Source: Myxococcales bacterium (lineage in GTDB: Bacteria; Myxococcota_A; Polyangia; Polyangiales; Polyangiaceae). Taken from it: a DNA stretch of 47,863 nucleotides. Shown here piece after piece: positions 1 to 9,132 of the stretch (the stretch's first letter is position 1; each line of letters opens with the position of its first letter). The notes below the pieces were generated by a model. The model did no database searches. It was not told the DNA's origin and saw only the letters and a list, made by a program, of their open reading frames with translations. Both the position numbers and the translations under genes were made by a program. The DNA is taken from positions 1 to 47,863 of the forward strand of contig JANXMC010000030.1 of NCBI GenBank assembly GCA_025354825.1, read 5' to 3'.

Positions 1-791
1 GCGCCGTCGGTGTTGCCGCCGTTGCTGCGGTGAACGAGGTGAATGCCGCTCGAATTGTAGCCCGTCGCGAAGACGCTCACGTGGTTCGCGCTGGCGACGA
101 ACGCTTCAATCTTCTGCGCCGCAGCCGACGCGGACGACGACGCGAACGCAGACGAATGGATACCGAGGTTCGGGTAGCTGAGGCTGATTCCGGTGTGCCA
201 CCCCTCGGACCACGAGCCGTTCGGAAGGCCAATGCTCTCCTGCGCGATATAGGCGTCCGTGTTCACGGCGACGTCATAGATTTTTTGCGCAGTCTGAACT
301 TGCAAGTGCACATGCCCCGAGTCGCCATTGCACGTTTTCGACCCGCCCGGCACGACGACCGAGACGACGTACCCATCGAGCCGGCCGAACTTCGAGGAGA
401 GCCCGCTGCCGAAGTTTCCCGTGCACGAGGTTCGCGTGGGCGAGCCGTCGTCCGCGTTTCCGCCGGTCGACCCCCCTCCGGTGGTCGAGCTGCCGCCGGT
501 GGTCGAGCTGCCGCCAGAGCAGCCGGTCGGCGCGGGTTTGCATTTCGCTGTCGCTGTCGCGCACCAATATCCGTTGTAACAGCCGTTCGATTGGCAAGTA
601 TGGGCGCCACCACATGCTGTGCAATTGGCCGGTGAATCTGGCGAAACGAGGCCGCCACAGGTGACGCTGGGATCGACGACGGCGGAGGTACTCTCGCCGT
701 TCGCGCTGGAAACGTCGTCTACCGTGTTCGCCCCGGCACACGCCGACAGGACGAAGAGCGCAATCGTAGTGCCGATAACTCGTTTGAGCAT
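1..791 (-). CDS. Secreted lipoprotein, C-terminus cut by the window edge: Cys-rich N-domain, Gly/Ser/Thr linker, DUF2278/YukJ-like domain
   Basis: Absent from the ORF track because it runs off the window. Reverse-strand ATG at 791-789 gives MLKRVIGTTIALFVLSACAGAN (signal peptide plus lipobox). Next come CTACGGAHTCQSNGCYNGYWC and the linker GGSSTTGGSSTTGGGSTGG. Then GHVHLQVQTAQKIYDVAVNTD ... VSVFATGYNSSGIHLVHRSNGG, which resembles YukJ/DUF2278 motifs. The frame stays open to position 1. Confidence 0.6.
   Translation of the reverse strand, partial: MLKRVIGTTIALFVLSACAGANTVDDVSSANGESTSAVVDPSVTCGGLVSPDSPANCTACGGAHTCQSNGCYNGYWCATATAKCKPAPTGCSGGSSTTGGSSTTGGGSTGGNADDGSPTRTSCTGNFGSGLSSKFGRLDGYVVSVVVPGGSKTCNGDSGHVHLQVQTAQKIYDVAVNTDAYIAQESIGLPNGSWSEGWHTGISLSYPNLGIHSSAFASSSASAAAQKIEAFVASANHVSVFATGYNSSGIHLVHRSNGGNTDG
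478..513. repeat. Perfect 18-bp tandem duplication (CCGGTGGTCGAGCTGCCG x2) in the linker-coding part of the 1-791 gene
   Basis: Read directly: 478-495 is identical to 496-513. On the coding strand it encodes GGSSTT twice. Confidence 0.9.
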
Positions 792-1051
792 CGTGACCTC
801 TCTTTGGATTTGGAGAGGGGCTCAAATGACATTTGGATGTCGCTAGGAGAAGGCGAGTGAACAACGAATTCGAGACGAATTCGCCTGCGTGCGAGCTTTG
901 CCGGCGAGCCGCAACGAAAGCGGTGCATGCGCGACACATACCCACCTCAATTGTGAAGATGAATACATATTAAGGATGGATACGTAATTATCCTGAATAG
1001 AAAACGAGACGCCGTTCGAATCGCAAATGCCGTGTCGGGCGGAAACGCGGA

Positions 1052-1086
1052 GGGCCGGCGGCGCGAGCGGGGCGCTCTGCCGGCCC
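1052..1086 (-). terminator. Candidate hairpin just downstream of the YebC-family gene
   Basis: GGGCCGGC (1052-1059) pairs with GCCGGCCC (1079-1086) around a 19-nt loop, 9 nt after the stop at 1095. Only a short T run follows on the transcribed strand, so this is weak. Confidence 0.25.
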
Positions 1087-1094
1087 CGACCGGC

Positions 1095-1793
1095 TCACGC
1101 AAGCCCGACGTAGAGCGTCTGCACGTCGTCGTCGTTGTCGAGCGCGTCGAGGAACGCTTCGACCTCTGCCCGGGCGGCGTCGTCGAGCGTCACCGGATTG
1201 TTCGACTTCCAGATCAATTGCGCCTGGGTGACGGTCCACTTCCTATCGGCGAGCGCTTTGCTCACGATATCGAGGTCCGTCGGTACCGTGAAAAAGCGGG
1301 TCGCGCCGTCGTCGCCGGCTTCGAGATCTTGCGCGCCGCATTCGATGGCGGCCTCTTCGGCGTCCGTGCTGGCGGTGGGAGGCGAGGCCTCGACTTGGCC
1401 GAGGCGCTTGAAGTCCCACGAGACCGAGCCCGACGCCCCCTGCTGCCCTTTACGAAAGAGCATGCGGATGTTCGCGGAGGTGCGATTGCGGTTCTCCGTC
1501 AGGCACTCGACGATGACGGGCACCTGGTGGGGCGCGAACCCTTCGTAGGCGACGACCTCGTAGTTCACGGCTTCGTCGAGAAGGCCGGCGCCCTTCTTAA
1601 TTGCGCGCTCGAGCGTGTCCTTCGTCATCGACGCCTTCCTCGCCGCGTCGACCGCCATTCGAAGCCGCGGGTTCATGGTGGGATCGGCGCCGTGCCGCGC
1701 CGCCACCATGATTTCCTTCGCGAGCTTGGTGAAAATACGCCCCTTCGCGTTGGCCGAGGCCTCGCGATTCTTCTGCTTCCACTGTGCTCCCAT
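1095..1793 (-). CDS. yebC: YebC/PmpR (TACO1) family transcriptional/translational regulator
   Basis: 232-aa [57 protein letters not shown] is the conserved family core, and the length is typical. Confidence 0.9.
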   Translation of the reverse strand: MGAQWKQKNREASANAKGRIFTKLAKEIMVAARHGADPTMNPRLRMAVDAARKASMTKDTLERAIKKGAGLLDEAVNYEVVAYEGFAPHQVPVIVECLTENRNRTSANIRMLFRKGQQGASGSVSWDFKRLGQVEASPPTASTDAEEAAIECGAQDLEAGDDGATRFFTVPTDLDIVSKALADRKWTVTQAQLIWKSNNPVTLDDAARAEVEAFLDALDNDDDVQTLYVGLA

Positions 1794-1926
1794 GGCTTCG
1801 CGCGATAGCGCAGGCGGCGCAGGGAAGGGGAGGAAATGCGCCCAAGCGGCGCCCTGAGGCTACCTTGACGCGCTATTCGAGGGAGGTCGGAACAATCAGA
1901 GCGCTTTCGAACAGTGCCCTTCGCGC

Positions 1927-3633
1927 TTAGTGCGGCGTGGGCGCCGTTTCGCACGTGGCGCCGCGCTGGCCACAGGCGAGAATCGCGCGTACCGCCGCGG
2001 CGTCGTCTGCGGCGTCGGTTGGATTGCCAGCCGCATTCGGCGACATCCAACGGAGCTTCGCCGTCGTGCGGTACGCGTCGCTCACCCAGCGATTGAACCA
2101 CGACGCCTGCGAGCCGTCTCCCACGGAGCGCGCCACCCATTCGACAACGCTCGCCTGCGAGCCGATGCGGTGGCACCCCCCGCATTTGCCCGCATCGACG
2201 AGCTGCGACGGCTGCTCCCACGCCACGTCACCGCCCGGCGTAGGCACCGTGAGCGATTCGCGCGCGAACACCGAATACTTCGTCGCGATCGAATAGGCAC
2301 TATCGTCACCGATTTTAGGCACGAGCGCATGCCCGCCGGCGCCCTTCAGCTGATCGATCCAAGGCGAGTGAATCCACGGATCGGCGTCGTGGCAATTGGT
2401 ACACTGCACGCTCGCCACGTCGCGGACGTCCATCCAAAACCTATCGCCCTCCGCCGAGCGGGGGGAGGGGATGTGGGAGGCGTCTTGGGGATTCTCGAGG
2501 CGCGAATTGAAAAAGCAGGTTTTGCCCGTCGTCGGGTTGTGGGCAATCATGTTGATGTCGTCGAAAGCGGTATCGTCTTTCGCGCGAAGGGCATAGCGGC
2601 GGCATGCGACGACGATGCGCGTCCCCTTGGAATTCACGGTCGCCATCACACGCGAGAACGGGCTGCACTGTGACACTGAGCTCTGGTCGCCCGAATAGCC
2701 CAGCCACGCGGGGCGATCGCAGCGCGAAGCGGCCGCGAGCCGTGCGCCCGTAAGTGGGAATGCCGCGGTCGTGCCGTCGAGCGACGTCACAATCGTGTCG
2801 GGGCTCGACGGATTGCTCACGGTAATGGGTACGATTTGGGCGCCCGCACCTCCCACACAATCGAGCGCTCCCTTGTCGAAAAGCGAAAGCTCACCGAGGT
2901 CGTCTTCGCACGCTGCGGCATACGCTTGCACGCCGTGAAGGCGCGTCGTCGCGTCGACGAGCTTCACGGGCGCGAACGCGTCCCACGCCGCCATCAGACT
3001 CATCGTGAGGCCCGCGAGAACGCCGCCCTTCGCGTCGACGAGACAACCTTCGATGACCGACCGCGAGAGGCGCTCCTTCGTTTGGCCGCGGTAGATGCTC
3101 GGCAGCAGATCGGCGCTCACTGCAGGGCCTACCAAATCGAGAACACCGTCGAGGGCTTCGCCACCGTCGCGTGCGATCGGCGAGGCCGATTTCGCGAGCT
3201 GGGTGCAGTCGACGTCTCCCGAAGCGGTCGCGTCGGCGCGGAGCGTGCGGGCATAAACGACCGCGCCAGCGGGCGTGTCGAGCTTCACGCGCGCATGAAG
3301 GCGCCCTTTCGCGCTGTCGTAGACGAACGCCAGGGGTGGCGTCGGCGGAGGCCCCGCGTCGACGGGCCCGTGCGTCTCGCCGCCGGCGGGCGACCCCGCA
3401 CGGCCGCCATCGGGGAGACTGCCGCTTTCGGTCGGCGCGCTGCTGCACGCCGCGAGGAGGCCGATCGCAAAAGTGAAAAGAGCGGTATTTGGCGCCAAGG
3501 TGCGGCTCTCTACAGCAAGGCCGATGCCCGCCGTAGGCGGCCAAAATAAAGCAGATCCTTCGCGAGAAGCGCGCGAGGGAGGACGCGCTCGTGGATCCTT
3601 CGGCCTGGCAACGTCAGTTGCCAACGACGGCAA
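1927..3633 (-). CDS. Lipoprotein with two CXXCH motifs (putative c-type haem-binding protein); start uncertain
   Basis: 568-aa ORF with an internal signal/lipobox FTFAIGLLAACSS, so the true start may be the in-frame TTG at 3498. It has two CXXCH motifs: VQCTNCHDADPW (about 2392-2406) and GKCGGCHRIGS (about 2170-2184). Confidence 0.7.
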   Translation of the reverse strand: MPSLATDVARPKDPRARPPSRASREGSALFWPPTAGIGLAVESRTLAPNTALFTFAIGLLAACSSAPTESGSLPDGGRAGSPAGGETHGPVDAGPPPTPPLAFVYDSAKGRLHARVKLDTPAGAVVYARTLRADATASGDVDCTQLAKSASPIARDGGEALDGVLDLVGPAVSADLLPSIYRGQTKERLSRSVIEGCLVDAKGGVLAGLTMSLMAAWDAFAPVKLVDATTRLHGVQAYAAACEDDLGELSLFDKGALDCVGGAGAQIVPITVSNPSSPDTIVTSLDGTTAAFPLTGARLAAASRCDRPAWLGYSGDQSSVSQCSPFSRVMATVNSKGTRIVVACRRYALRAKDDTAFDDINMIAHNPTTGKTCFFNSRLENPQDASHIPSPRSAEGDRFWMDVRDVASVQCTNCHDADPWIHSPWIDQLKGAGGHALVPKIGDDSAYSIATKYSVFARESLTVPTPGGDVAWEQPSQLVDAGKCGGCHRIGSQASVVEWVARSVGDGSQASWFNRWVSDAYRTTAKLRWMSPNAAGNPTDAADDAAAVRAILACGQRGATCETAPTPH

Positions 3634-3919
3634 ACCCTCGGTGCCGATGTAGGCAATCTCGATTGGCCATTACGCGGAGTTCGATTGTGACGAACGCGCT
3701 TCAGGGACCTCTTTATTCTATCTAACCGCTTCGCCTACCGCGTTTCGCTGGGCCTTCGTTGAGGGCGAAGTGTTTGGCGCGGCGGCGGCGACGTCATTCG
3801 TCTAGGCCCAAAGGAGGCCGCCTCGAGATTGTCGGCTGGCCGTGCGCCGGTGAGCGACGTCCCCGAGCTGTGCCCCATCACCTCGCTCGCGTACCGAATC
3901 GCCTGGGCGTAGTAGGGTA

Positions 3920-4366
3920 TTGCGGGTGCCCCGCGCCCTTCGTGAAATAGGCCTGTCCGTAAAGCGTCTCCAGATGCGGCACCACCGCGCCATCAACGGT
4001 GCGCTGTCCAAGCACGACATCAGCGTGGTGCAGTGGGACGCGCTCCGTCACCTCGACGAGAACCCCGAAGCCTCGCTGCACGATCTCGCCGTGCTCACGT
4101 TTCAGAGCGATCAGGCGTTCGGAACGCTTGCCACGCGCATGATCGATCGCGGCCTTATCGAGCGTGTTCCCGGCCCCGGCCGCGCGGTGCGCCATCGCCT
4201 CACGGACGAGGGGCGGTCGCTCCGCCGCGCGGGAGAAAAGATCGTCGACCGCGTGCTCGCCGAGTCGTTCGCGGGTCTCTCGCAAAAGCAGCTCGCCGCC
4301 TTCGACAAGCTTCTCACTCAGGCGCTTGGAGCCGACGCCGCCGCCGAGGCCGCTTCGGACGAGTAG
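3920..4366 (+). CDS. MarR-family transcriptional regulator
   Basis: 148 aa with a winged-helix pattern: DISVVQWDALRHLDENPEASLHDLAVLTFQSDQAFGTLATRMIDRGLIERVPGPGRAVRHRLTDEGR. The start is TTG at 3920 or GTG at 3926. Confidence 0.85.
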   Translation: MRVPRALREIGLSVKRLQMRHHRAINGALSKHDISVVQWDALRHLDENPEASLHDLAVLTFQSDQAFGTLATRMIDRGLIERVPGPGRAVRHRLTDEGRSLRRAGEKIVDRVLAESFAGLSQKQLAAFDKLLTQALGADAAAEAASDE

Positions 4367-5127
4367 TCCCAAATCGCGCGGAGCAGCTCGGCGGGCGTTT
4401 CGATTTGCGGCACGTGGCCCGTCCGCGGGAGAACGTTGAAGCGTGCGTTGGGAATGGCATCGGCGAACGCCTTTCCATAGGTGACGTCGACGACGCGATC
4501 GGCCTCGCCCCACAGAACGAGAGCGGGGATCGAAACGTCGCGTAGGCGCCCGCGGAGCGTGGGATCGGTCATCGCGCCGCCGTAAACGGCGAGGGCCGCG
4601 CGGTTCGCCGCGGCGCCTGCGCGCTGCGCGTCGGTGAAGCTCGACGGGTCGATTCGGAACTTGACGGGGTCGTGGTAGCTCAGCGCCATGAGCTCCGGGA
4701 GTGTGAGGGAGAAGACGTCGGCGACGGGATGCTCATCGACTGTGATGCCGACGGCGTCGACCAGGATGATGCGCCCGACGCGCGGCGATTTCAGGAGCGC
4801 CATCTCGGACGCGACCCAGCCGCCGATGGAGTTTCCAACCAGGGTCACGTCGTGGAGATCGAGCTTGTCGAGGAGCGCGACGTAAAGCTCCGCAAGCGCG
4901 CGCGGCGTGGCGAGCGCCTCGGGGCGCGGCGTGCCGCCGAAGCCAGGGTGGGTGGGGGCGAGCACGCGCGCGGGGCGCTCTGCGCCGAGGAGCTGCGCGA
5001 AGGGGGCGACGGAGAGGGGGCCCGCGCCGCCATGAAGAAGCAGAAACGTGTGCCCGGCGCCGGTGTCACGAACTTCGAGCGAAACGTCGACACCGGAAAC
5101 GGAAAGGGAATGCGTCGTGCTGAGCAT
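4318..5127 (-). CDS. Alpha/beta-fold hydrolase
   Basis: 269 aa. Oxyanion HG motif in FLLLHGGAGP and nucleophile elbow GNSIGGW. GAAGGAG RBS upstream of the ATG. Its 3' end overlaps the convergent MarR gene by 49 nt. Confidence 0.85.
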   Translation of the reverse strand: MLSTTHSLSVSGVDVSLEVRDTGAGHTFLLLHGGAGPLSVAPFAQLLGAERPARVLAPTHPGFGGTPRPEALATPRALAELYVALLDKLDLHDVTLVGNSIGGWVASEMALLKSPRVGRIILVDAVGITVDEHPVADVFSLTLPELMALSYHDPVKFRIDPSSFTDAQRAGAAANRAALAVYGGAMTDPTLRGRLRDVSIPALVLWGEADRVVDVTYGKAFADAIPNARFNVLPRTGHVPQIETPAELLRAIWDYSSEAASAAASAPSA

Positions 5128-5182
5128 GGTGGCTCCTTCGTGTGGTTTTTGCCGGCATCGGCGTTTTATATCAGTAAGCTTA

Positions 5183-5198
5183 TATCAACATGTTGATA
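5183..5198. promoter_or_regulatory. Perfect 16-bp palindrome TATCAACATGTTGATA in an AT-rich divergent promoter region; candidate operator
   Basis: Read directly and self-complementary. It is flanked by the direct repeat TTATATCA at 5166-5173 and 5180-5187. It lies between the hydrolase start (5127) and the likely RCC1-gene start (5301). Confidence 0.5.
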
Positions 5199-5300
5199 CG
5201 CGCAAGGCGTGGCGGTCGAAGGCGGGCGGCGTGGGTTTTCTGCGCGTCCGTGCGTGCGCTCCCCGTCCGGCGTATCGTCGTGGGTTCAAGGAGCCTCGCC

Positions 5301-6794
5301 GTGCCTCTTCTTCTCCCGCGCCTATTGCCTTCGTTCTCGCGCCCCCTCGCCGCCTGCTGTCTCGTGGCCCTTTCGGTCATCACGTCGGGCGCCTGCTTTC
5401 CCGACTTGAAGCTCGCCCCCGACGACACCGGCGTCACGAACGACGGGGGCGTGCAGCCGCCCGACGCGACGGTCGACGAGGCGGGCATCTCCGCAGGAGA
5501 AGGCGGCACGCAATCTCCTCCCGACGGCGGCGCGCACCTCGATGGCGCGACAGGCCAGGGCGACGCGGGCGCCGTTGATGTGCATCGCCTGATCGGTGCG
5601 GGCAACGCCCACGTATGTGTGATTCACGGGGCGAGCCACGCGCTCTACTGCTGGGGGGAGAACGGCCGTGGGCAGCTTGGCCGCACGACGAGCACGACCG
5701 AGGTCCCCACCCCCGACACGGTGAAGGTCGCCTTCGATCCGCTGCTCAACGTCGTCGAGACGACGGTGGTCGGCGACGTCGCTTGTGCGCTCACCAGCGA
5801 CGGTGCCGTAAGGTGTTGGGGGAACACGATCTCGGGGGCCGTGGGCAACGGCGTCTCCACCGAATCGGCGGCGGATCCTGGAGCGCCCCTCGCGCTTCCC
5901 GACGCCGGCGCGCCCCTCGGCTCGCGTGCGACCTCCATCATCGGGTCCAACCTACGAAACTGCGCGCTGCTCTCGGGAAACCAAGTTGCCTGTTGGGGAG
6001 TTGGCAATGGCCTTGGGCCTGTGTTGCGCCCGTCGCCGGCGCTCGTTCCAGCGATCGATGCGGGGATCGCGATGCTCTCGGTGGGGACGTCCGAAGCGGC
6101 GAACGGCGGGGAAGACTGCGTTCTCACCTCGGAGGCCGCGCCGCGGATTCTTTGCTGGGGGATGAACAACGAAGGCGTCTGCGCCGTCGCCTCCGACGTC
6201 GCGTGCAATCAAACTTCGGATATCGCCTGCGTGGGCAAACCGACGGCGATCCCCACGATCACGGGCGCCGTGCAGGTAGCCGCGAGCGCCACGGTCGCCT
6301 GTGCGGTCTTCGGGCCCGAACGCCGCGTCGCCTGTTGGGGCGGCAATGTCGAATACTCGCAGCTCGGAAGCCAGCCGGGCGGGCGCTCCGGCGTCACGGG
6401 CGGCTACTTGCCGAATCCGATTTACACGGAGGCCGGTGCGCCTTTGGTCAGTGTGGGCGAGGTTGCCGTCGCATTTCGGCATACGTGCGCGATCGTCGGC
6501 GCCGAGCGTCGCGTGGTTTGTTGGGGGGACGCGACGCAGGGGAATCTCGGAAACGGCGAAACGCCGGCAGGCGGCACCAACGTGTCGCGCGCGCTGCCGC
6601 AAGACGTCCTCATCGACGTTCAGCAGACGCCGCTCGTGGGCGTCGCGCAGATCACGACGACGGGCGAATTCGGCTGCGCTCTAAAGCTCGACGACACCGT
6701 TTGGTGCTGGGGCGTGAACGGGAGTGGGCAACTCGGCGTCGCCTCGAGCGCGGTCGCCGCTTCGGGGTACGCGCGAAAGGTCGCTCTTCCGTAA
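5301..6794 (+). CDS. RCC1-repeat (seven-bladed beta-propeller) lipoprotein
   Basis: Seven CWG-type repeats: YCWGENGRGQLG, VRCWGNTISGAVGNG, VACWGVGNGLG, ILCWGMNNEGVC, VACWGGNVEYSQLG, VVCWGDATQGNLGNG, VWCWGVNGSGQLG. I prefer the GTG at 5301, preceded by AAGGAG at 5288-5293, which gives the signal/lipobox LVALSVITSGAC. The track ORF starts at 5190. Confidence 0.85.
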   Translation: MPLLLPRLLPSFSRPLAACCLVALSVITSGACFPDLKLAPDDTGVTNDGGVQPPDATVDEAGISAGEGGTQSPPDGGAHLDGATGQGDAGAVDVHRLIGAGNAHVCVIHGASHALYCWGENGRGQLGRTTSTTEVPTPDTVKVAFDPLLNVVETTVVGDVACALTSDGAVRCWGNTISGAVGNGVSTESAADPGAPLALPDAGAPLGSRATSIIGSNLRNCALLSGNQVACWGVGNGLGPVLRPSPALVPAIDAGIAMLSVGTSEAANGGEDCVLTSEAAPRILCWGMNNEGVCAVASDVACNQTSDIACVGKPTAIPTITGAVQVAASATVACAVFGPERRVACWGGNVEYSQLGSQPGGRSGVTGGYLPNPIYTEAGAPLVSVGEVAVAFRHTCAIVGAERRVVCWGDATQGNLGNGETPAGGTNVSRALPQDVLIDVQQTPLVGVAQITTTGEFGCALKLDDTVWCWGVNGSGQLGVASSAVAASGYARKVALP

Positions 6795-7385
6795 ATAGCC
6801 GCCTCCTCGCGTGGCCTGTAGGGAGGACGTCGATCGCGCCTTCGAACGGTCGCGGCTCACCACGGCGGGGACGGGGCGCGCCAGGTCGAGGGCGAGCTCG
6901 AAGTCGGGCACGGCGACGTCGGCAAACGACGACGCCACCAAGCGTTCGCCGCGGACCGTTCGCCGGTGCGCGCGGATCGATCGGTACAAGCTTCGCTCGA
7001 CGTCGTGAACGCGAAAGTGGTCGACCGACATGAGCTGGGAGGCCGTCGCGTCGCTCTCCTTACCGCGCCCATCACGCACGCGAGCTTCGCTTGCAACCGA
7101 GCGCTGGAGCGTGAACCGACCGCCGTGGGCGAGCTCGATTTCGACTTGATAGGTCGCCTCTCCCATGGCCGCCCGAAGGTGATCGCTGGGGGCGACCCCC
7201 GCGGGCTGCAGCGCGTGCGCGAGCAGCTCGAGGAGCGTCGATGCCGTCGAGAAAGCCGCCTCCCGTGATCGCCAGGGAGACGAGACGCGGATAGCTCTCG
7301 TGCGCATCGGGTGGCGCAGCGAGGGGGAAAATCGGGAGCGGTAGAGGCGTCGGCATCGCGCGCGCGAGCATAGGCGGTCACGCAT
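6681..7385 (-). CDS. Hypothetical protein; N-terminal region ambiguous (possible frameshift or later ATG start)
   Basis: Position-specific GC in 6901-6960 and 7021-7080 fits this minus-strand frame (third position highest, second lowest). The segment STLLELLAHALQ...YQVEIELAHGGRFTLQRS looks protein-like. Upstream of about 7250 the more protein-like reading is the 7371 frame (MLARAMPTPLPLPIFPLAAPPDAHESYPRLVSLAITGGGFLDG). The 3' end overlaps the RCC1 gene by 114 nt. Confidence 0.35.
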   Translation of the reverse strand: MRDRLCSRARCRRLYRSRFSPSLRHPMRTRAIRVSSPWRSREAAFSTASTLLELLAHALQPAGVAPSDHLRAAMGEATYQVEIELAHGGRFTLQRSVASEARVRDGRGKESDATASQLMSVDHFRVHDVERSLYRSIRAHRRTVRGERLVASSFADVAVPDFELALDLARPVPAVVSRDRSKARSTSSLQATRGGGYLRKSDLSRVPRSGDRARGDAELPTPVHAPAPNGVVEL

Positions 7386-7550
7386 CGTCGTGCGGCGGGC
7401 TGGGGGTGGGAGCCTCCAAGAAATGGGCGGCCACCGCCGTTTCCATCCCTACGGCGCGCGCGCGCCTGATCGACGACGACTACCTTTTCGACGCGCGCGA
7501 GGGGCGTTTGGGGTTTCTCCTCCATTGAGGAGAAGAGTTGTCTCTCTGTA

Positions 7551-8627
7551 CTATTTCGTAATCGCCACTCCATGGGACGTCACGTACGCCACGCTCACCT
7601 GCGCATCGCCCGTGGTGGCGGCTCGCTGCGCGATGCCGTCGAGGGCGACGGTGATCCGTGGGAGATAGGTTTTCGCAGTCTCCTGATGAAACCCGATGCT
7701 CACCACGCGATCGGTCTCCGGGGCCGCACGAAGCGCCTTCACGGCGTCGTCGAACACGCCGAGAATCTCCGGCGCTGTGATGTAATCTGCGAGGGCGCCG
7801 TTGTCGGGGACCTCAGTGAACGAGCCGCCGCCGGCTTTTAGCGAATAGGGCTGAGAGCTCGGCGTCGTGTCGCCCCAGAGCGCCTTGACCGCGTCGAGAA
7901 GGGGGTACCCTTTGAGCTCGTCGGCGAGAAACGGCGACGGCACCGAGGAATGATCATAGGCGAAGTGCTCGAGCACCAACGCCGTTCGCACCGTCTCGCC
8001 TGCGAGCCAGCCGCCGGCGCGAAAGCTCGAAGCGTGGCCGAACCCATTTGCTTCGAGGGTCTTCACGCTGAAGGCCATGACCTTCTGAAGCTCCTCCGCC
8101 GTATAGAGTGAGATCGGAACTTCGTGGCCGCAATCGCTCGCGCAATCGGCCGCCGTGAGCGTGGTCCCCCAGAAGGTCGGCCCGCTTCGAAACGTCACGC
8201 CGGAAGCTTCAAAGAGGCTCTTCCATCCGTGAATGTGCAGACCGAGCTCGTCCATCGGGCGAAGAACGCGTCGAATCAATGCGGTCACCGCCACGGCGTC
8301 GGCCCCCGGCTTGGTGAAGTACGCCGCATTGAGAAAGTGAACGATCGGAATCGACGGGTACTTCGTGCGAAACGCCACCATGGCCGCGAGATTCGTCTCC
8401 GTCATCTCACGCCCTTCCCAATCGACGGTGAGCACGAGATCGATCTGCCCGCGACGCGTATCGGCCGGAGTGTCGGGAGAGCCGTCGTTGGTACTCCCGC
8501 TCTCGCCCGTCGTCGCGCCCGCGTCGACCGGCATCGCCGTCGTCGGGCTGCCGCACGCGAGCACGGATGCCGCGAGCGATGTCAGGAGGAGGGTCGGGGA
8601 GGTGTGGCGAGCGCGACGGGACTGCAT
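7551..8627 (-). CDS. Lipoprotein, possibly a CE4/polysaccharide-deacetylase-like fold
   Basis: 358 aa with signal plus lipobox LAASVLACGS. LTVDWEG and LHIHGW loosely resemble CE4 motifs 1 and 2. The functional call is weak. Confidence 0.6.
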   Translation of the reverse strand: MQSRRARHTSPTLLLTSLAASVLACGSPTTAMPVDAGATTGESGSTNDGSPDTPADTRRGQIDLVLTVDWEGREMTETNLAAMVAFRTKYPSIPIVHFLNAAYFTKPGADAVAVTALIRRVLRPMDELGLHIHGWKSLFEASGVTFRSGPTFWGTTLTAADCASDCGHEVPISLYTAEELQKVMAFSVKTLEANGFGHASSFRAGGWLAGETVRTALVLEHFAYDHSSVPSPFLADELKGYPLLDAVKALWGDTTPSSQPYSLKAGGGSFTEVPDNGALADYITAPEILGVFDDAVKALRAAPETDRVVSIGFHQETAKTYLPRITVALDGIAQRAATTGDAQVSVAYVTSHGVAITK

Positions 8628-8681
8628 GGGAGGCGGTGGGTATCACGGTTCGAGGACAACTGCTGATACGACGGTGGGCGT

Positions 8682-8702
8682 GAGAACGAGAACGAGAACG
8701 AG
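8682..8702. repeat. Hexanucleotide microsatellite (GAGAAC)x3.5
   Basis: Read directly in the intergenic region upstream of the 8755 gene. Confidence 0.9.
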
Positions 8703-8754
8703 CGCACTTCGTCCCTCGAGGCTTTGCGGCCCGTTCGCGCGCAAGGTTCTCGAA

Positions 8755-9132
8755 GTGCTCTTCGATGGAAGGGCGGAGGCCGTTGAGGACGAGCTCGCGG
8801 GCGCGGCGAGCCTCAAGGGGCAGATCGCCAAACAGCGAGCGCGGCTCCTCGTGCCGCCCGCTGCGACAGACGTGGCGAAGCTCGCCAAGGTCTACCGAAA
8901 TGGCCCTCTCGGTAACGTGACCGTGCAGACGAAGGGGTCGACCACCCGCTTCGACTTCGGCGAATGGTCCAGCGCGGTCGCATCGCGAAAGAACGACGAC
9001 GGCTCCACCTCGTACTACACGATCGATCCGGGCGTTTCCGGATTCGAATTCGTCGTCGGCGAGGTTCGCGGAGAGCGCGTTCTCGTCACGCGCGACATGC
9101 GGCACGAGTACGTCTTCGAGGAGACGAAGTGA
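8755..9132 (+). CDS. Small hypothetical protein, translationally coupled to the downstream methyltransferase
   Basis: The protein-like part of track ORF 8365-9132 begins around VLEVLFDGRAEAV, and GTG 8755 is the first in-frame start after the upstream gene. Its stop TGA (9130-9132) overlaps GTG 9129 of the next gene (GTGA). Confidence 0.5.
   Translation: MLFDGRAEAVEDELAGAASLKGQIAKQRARLLVPPAATDVAKLAKVYRNGPLGNVTVQTKGSTTRFDFGEWSSAVASRKNDDGSTSYYTIDPGVSGFEFVVGEVRGERVLVTRDMRHEYVFEETK

Noticed and set aside
864-885. CGAATTCG repeated twice (GAATTCGAGACGAATTC) and the AT-rich patch at 955-1005
   Set aside because: These are short and self-complementary only because of the GAATTC core. They probably belong to the promoter region of the 1-791 lipoprotein gene, and I can attach no specific function.
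1014-1022. GTTCGAATC, a tRNA T-loop-like string
   Set aside because: The flanking bases (CGCCG / CGCAA) cannot form the 5-bp T-stem, and no acceptor or anticodon arms are evident. I found no tRNA in the window.
5615-7033. 472-aa plus-strand ORF
   Set aside because: It is an off-frame reading of the RCC1-repeat gene, Arg/Gly-rich and lacking the CWG repeat periodicity seen in the real frame.
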